Positions 62,215-64,000 of a stretch of 64,000 bases of DNA are shown piece by piece. Below the pieces are notes generated by a model that was not told where the DNA came from, searched no databases, and saw only the letters and a program-made list of their open reading frames with translations. The position numbers and the translations under genes were made by a program. The stretch's first letter is position 1, and every line of letters begins with the position of its first letter. The DNA comes from Mobula hypostoma (lineage: Eukaryota): NCBI RefSeq assembly GCF_963921235.1, contig NC_086099.1, positions 45,632,001 through 45,696,000 of the forward strand, written 5' to 3'.

Positions 62215-64000
62215 GACATTCAGACATTGGAGCATATTTAGGTCATTTGGCCCACTGAGTCTGCTCTGCTATTCAATCATGGATGATTTATTATCCCTCT
62301 CAACCCTATTCTCCTGCTTTCTCCCTTCAACCTTAGATGACCTAACTAATCAAGAACCTATCAACCTCCATTTTAAATATACCTAATGACTGGCATCCAC
62401 AGCTGCCCACGTCAATGAATTCCATAGTTTCACTACCCTCTGTCTAAAGAAATTCCACTTTATCTCAGTGCTAAATGGATATCCTATTCTGATGCTGTGC
62501 TCTCAGGTCCTAGACTCCACTACTATAGGAAACATCCTCTTAAATATTCAAAAGATTTCAATGACACACCCCTCATCCTTCTAAACTCCAACAAGTACAG
62601 GCCCAGAGTTATCAAATGCTTTTCATACATTAACCCTTTCATTCCTGGAATAATTCTCATGAACCTCCTCTGCACCATCTCCAATGTCAAAACATTTTTT
62701 CTTAGATAAAGGCCTCAAAACTGTTCACAATATGCCAAGTGTAGACTGACCAATGCCTTATAAAACCTTGGCATTACATCCTTGCTTTTATATTCTAGTC
62801 CTCTCAAAATATATGCAAACATTTTATATGCCGTCTATACCACTTTGGCACCTTCGATTTTTGAATTTTCTCCCCATTTAGAAAATTTTCTGTGCCTTTA
62901 TTCCTTGTACCAAAGTGATGACCATACACTGCCCTACATTATATTCCATCTGTCATTTACTTGCCCATTCTCCCATTCTGTCTGAGTCCTTTAGCAGACT
63001 CCCTGCTTTCCCAACCTATCTTTATACCATCCACAAACTTAGCTACAAAGCCATTAATTCCGTCATCCAAATCATTGACCTATAACGTGAAAAGAAGTAG
63101 TCCTAACACCAACCCCTGCATAACACTAGTCACTGGCATCCAACCAGAAAAGGCTCCCTTTATTCCTACTCTTTGTCTCCTGCCAATCACCCAATCTCCT
63201 ATCTATGCTGGTATCTTTCCTGTAATACCATGTGCTCTTGCTCAGTTATGCAGCTTCATGTGCGGTACCTTATCAAAGCCCTTCTGAAAATCCAAGTATA
63301 CAACATCCACTGACTCTTCTTTGTCTATCCTGTTTGTTACTTCCTCAAAGAATTCCAACAGATTTGAAGGGGAAGATTTCCCCTCAAGGACATTGTGCTG
63401 ACTTTGGCCAATTTTGTCATATGCCTCCAAGTACCTCAAAACCTCTTCCTTAATAATGCACTCCAAAATTTTCCAAACCATTGAAGTCATGCTAATCATG
63501 CTACAATTTCCTTACTTTTGCCTCCCTCCCTTCTTAAAGAGTGGAGTGACATTTGCGAATTTCATGTCCTCTGGAACCATTCGAGGATCTAATGATTCTT
63601 GAAAGATCACTACAAGTGCCTCCGTAATTTTGTATGCTATCTCTTTCAGAACTCCGGGGTGTAGTCCATCTGGTCGAAGTGACTTATCTACCTGCAGACC
63701 TTTCAGCTTCCCAAGTACCTTCTCCTTAGTAATACCAACTAAGCAACTACACTCACTTCTGCTCCCTGATACTCTTGAATTTCTGGTATACTTCTAGTGA
63801 TACCACAGTGCAGCCAGACACAAATTGATTATTAAAGTTGTTTGCTATTTCATTACCTCCTAATACTACCTCTCCAGTGTCATTTTCGAGCAGTCTGATA
63901 TCCATTCTCACCTCTCTTATATGTATCTGAAAAAAACTTCTGTAACCTATTTTATATTATTGGCTAGCTTACCTTCATATTTCACCTATTCTCTCATTGT
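62215..64000 (-). mobile_element. CR1 LINE (RT to 3' end), continuing beyond the window
   Basis: ORF 63242-63499 (NLLEFFEEVT...VDVVYLDFQKGFDKVPH). 3' end near 62220. Confidence 0.9.

Noticed and set aside
1-64000. CRISPR arrays, tRNA/rRNA genes or prokaryotic systems
   Set aside because: There is no repeat-spacer periodicity and no canonical RNA gene. The only tRNA-like sequences are degenerate SINE heads.

Overview
This is eukaryotic genomic DNA, almost certainly from a cartilaginous fish, probably a ray; that call is inferred from HE1/V-SINE-type SINEs, CR1 LINEs with (CTTATGGT)n tails and the Penelope families present. I found no intact, recognisable host protein-coding gene. Host-like sequence is limited to a CpG-island promoter (about 8990-9860) with splice donors on both strands, several short candidate non-coding exons on the minus strand (4.0-6.1 kb), and a few candidate conserved non-coding elements (best at 16.1-16.6 kb). 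The rest is transposable elements: Gypsy and BEL/Pao LTR remnants, CR1, Rex1/Babar, RTE, L2 and L1 LINEs, two hAT elements, Tc1 and Tigger elements, and SINEs. The most notable system is a young Neptune-type Penelope-like (GIY-YIG) retroelement family with a minimal type-I hammerhead ribozyme in its pseudo-LTR (six intact cores). It has inserted repeatedly as inverted two-armed copies with both element 3' ends facing outward, inside single 10-18 bp target-site duplications (TSDs). In one insertion the two arms carry different variants that recur in other copies, which suggests both DNA nicks were primed on separate RNA templates. It also occurs as 118-200 bp ribozyme-only inserts. A four-element nest at 34.6-41.5 kb produces a 607-aa L1/Penelope fusion ORF and hides an in-frame, core-deleted hAT transposase ORF. 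All family assignments come from motif recognition, not database searches.
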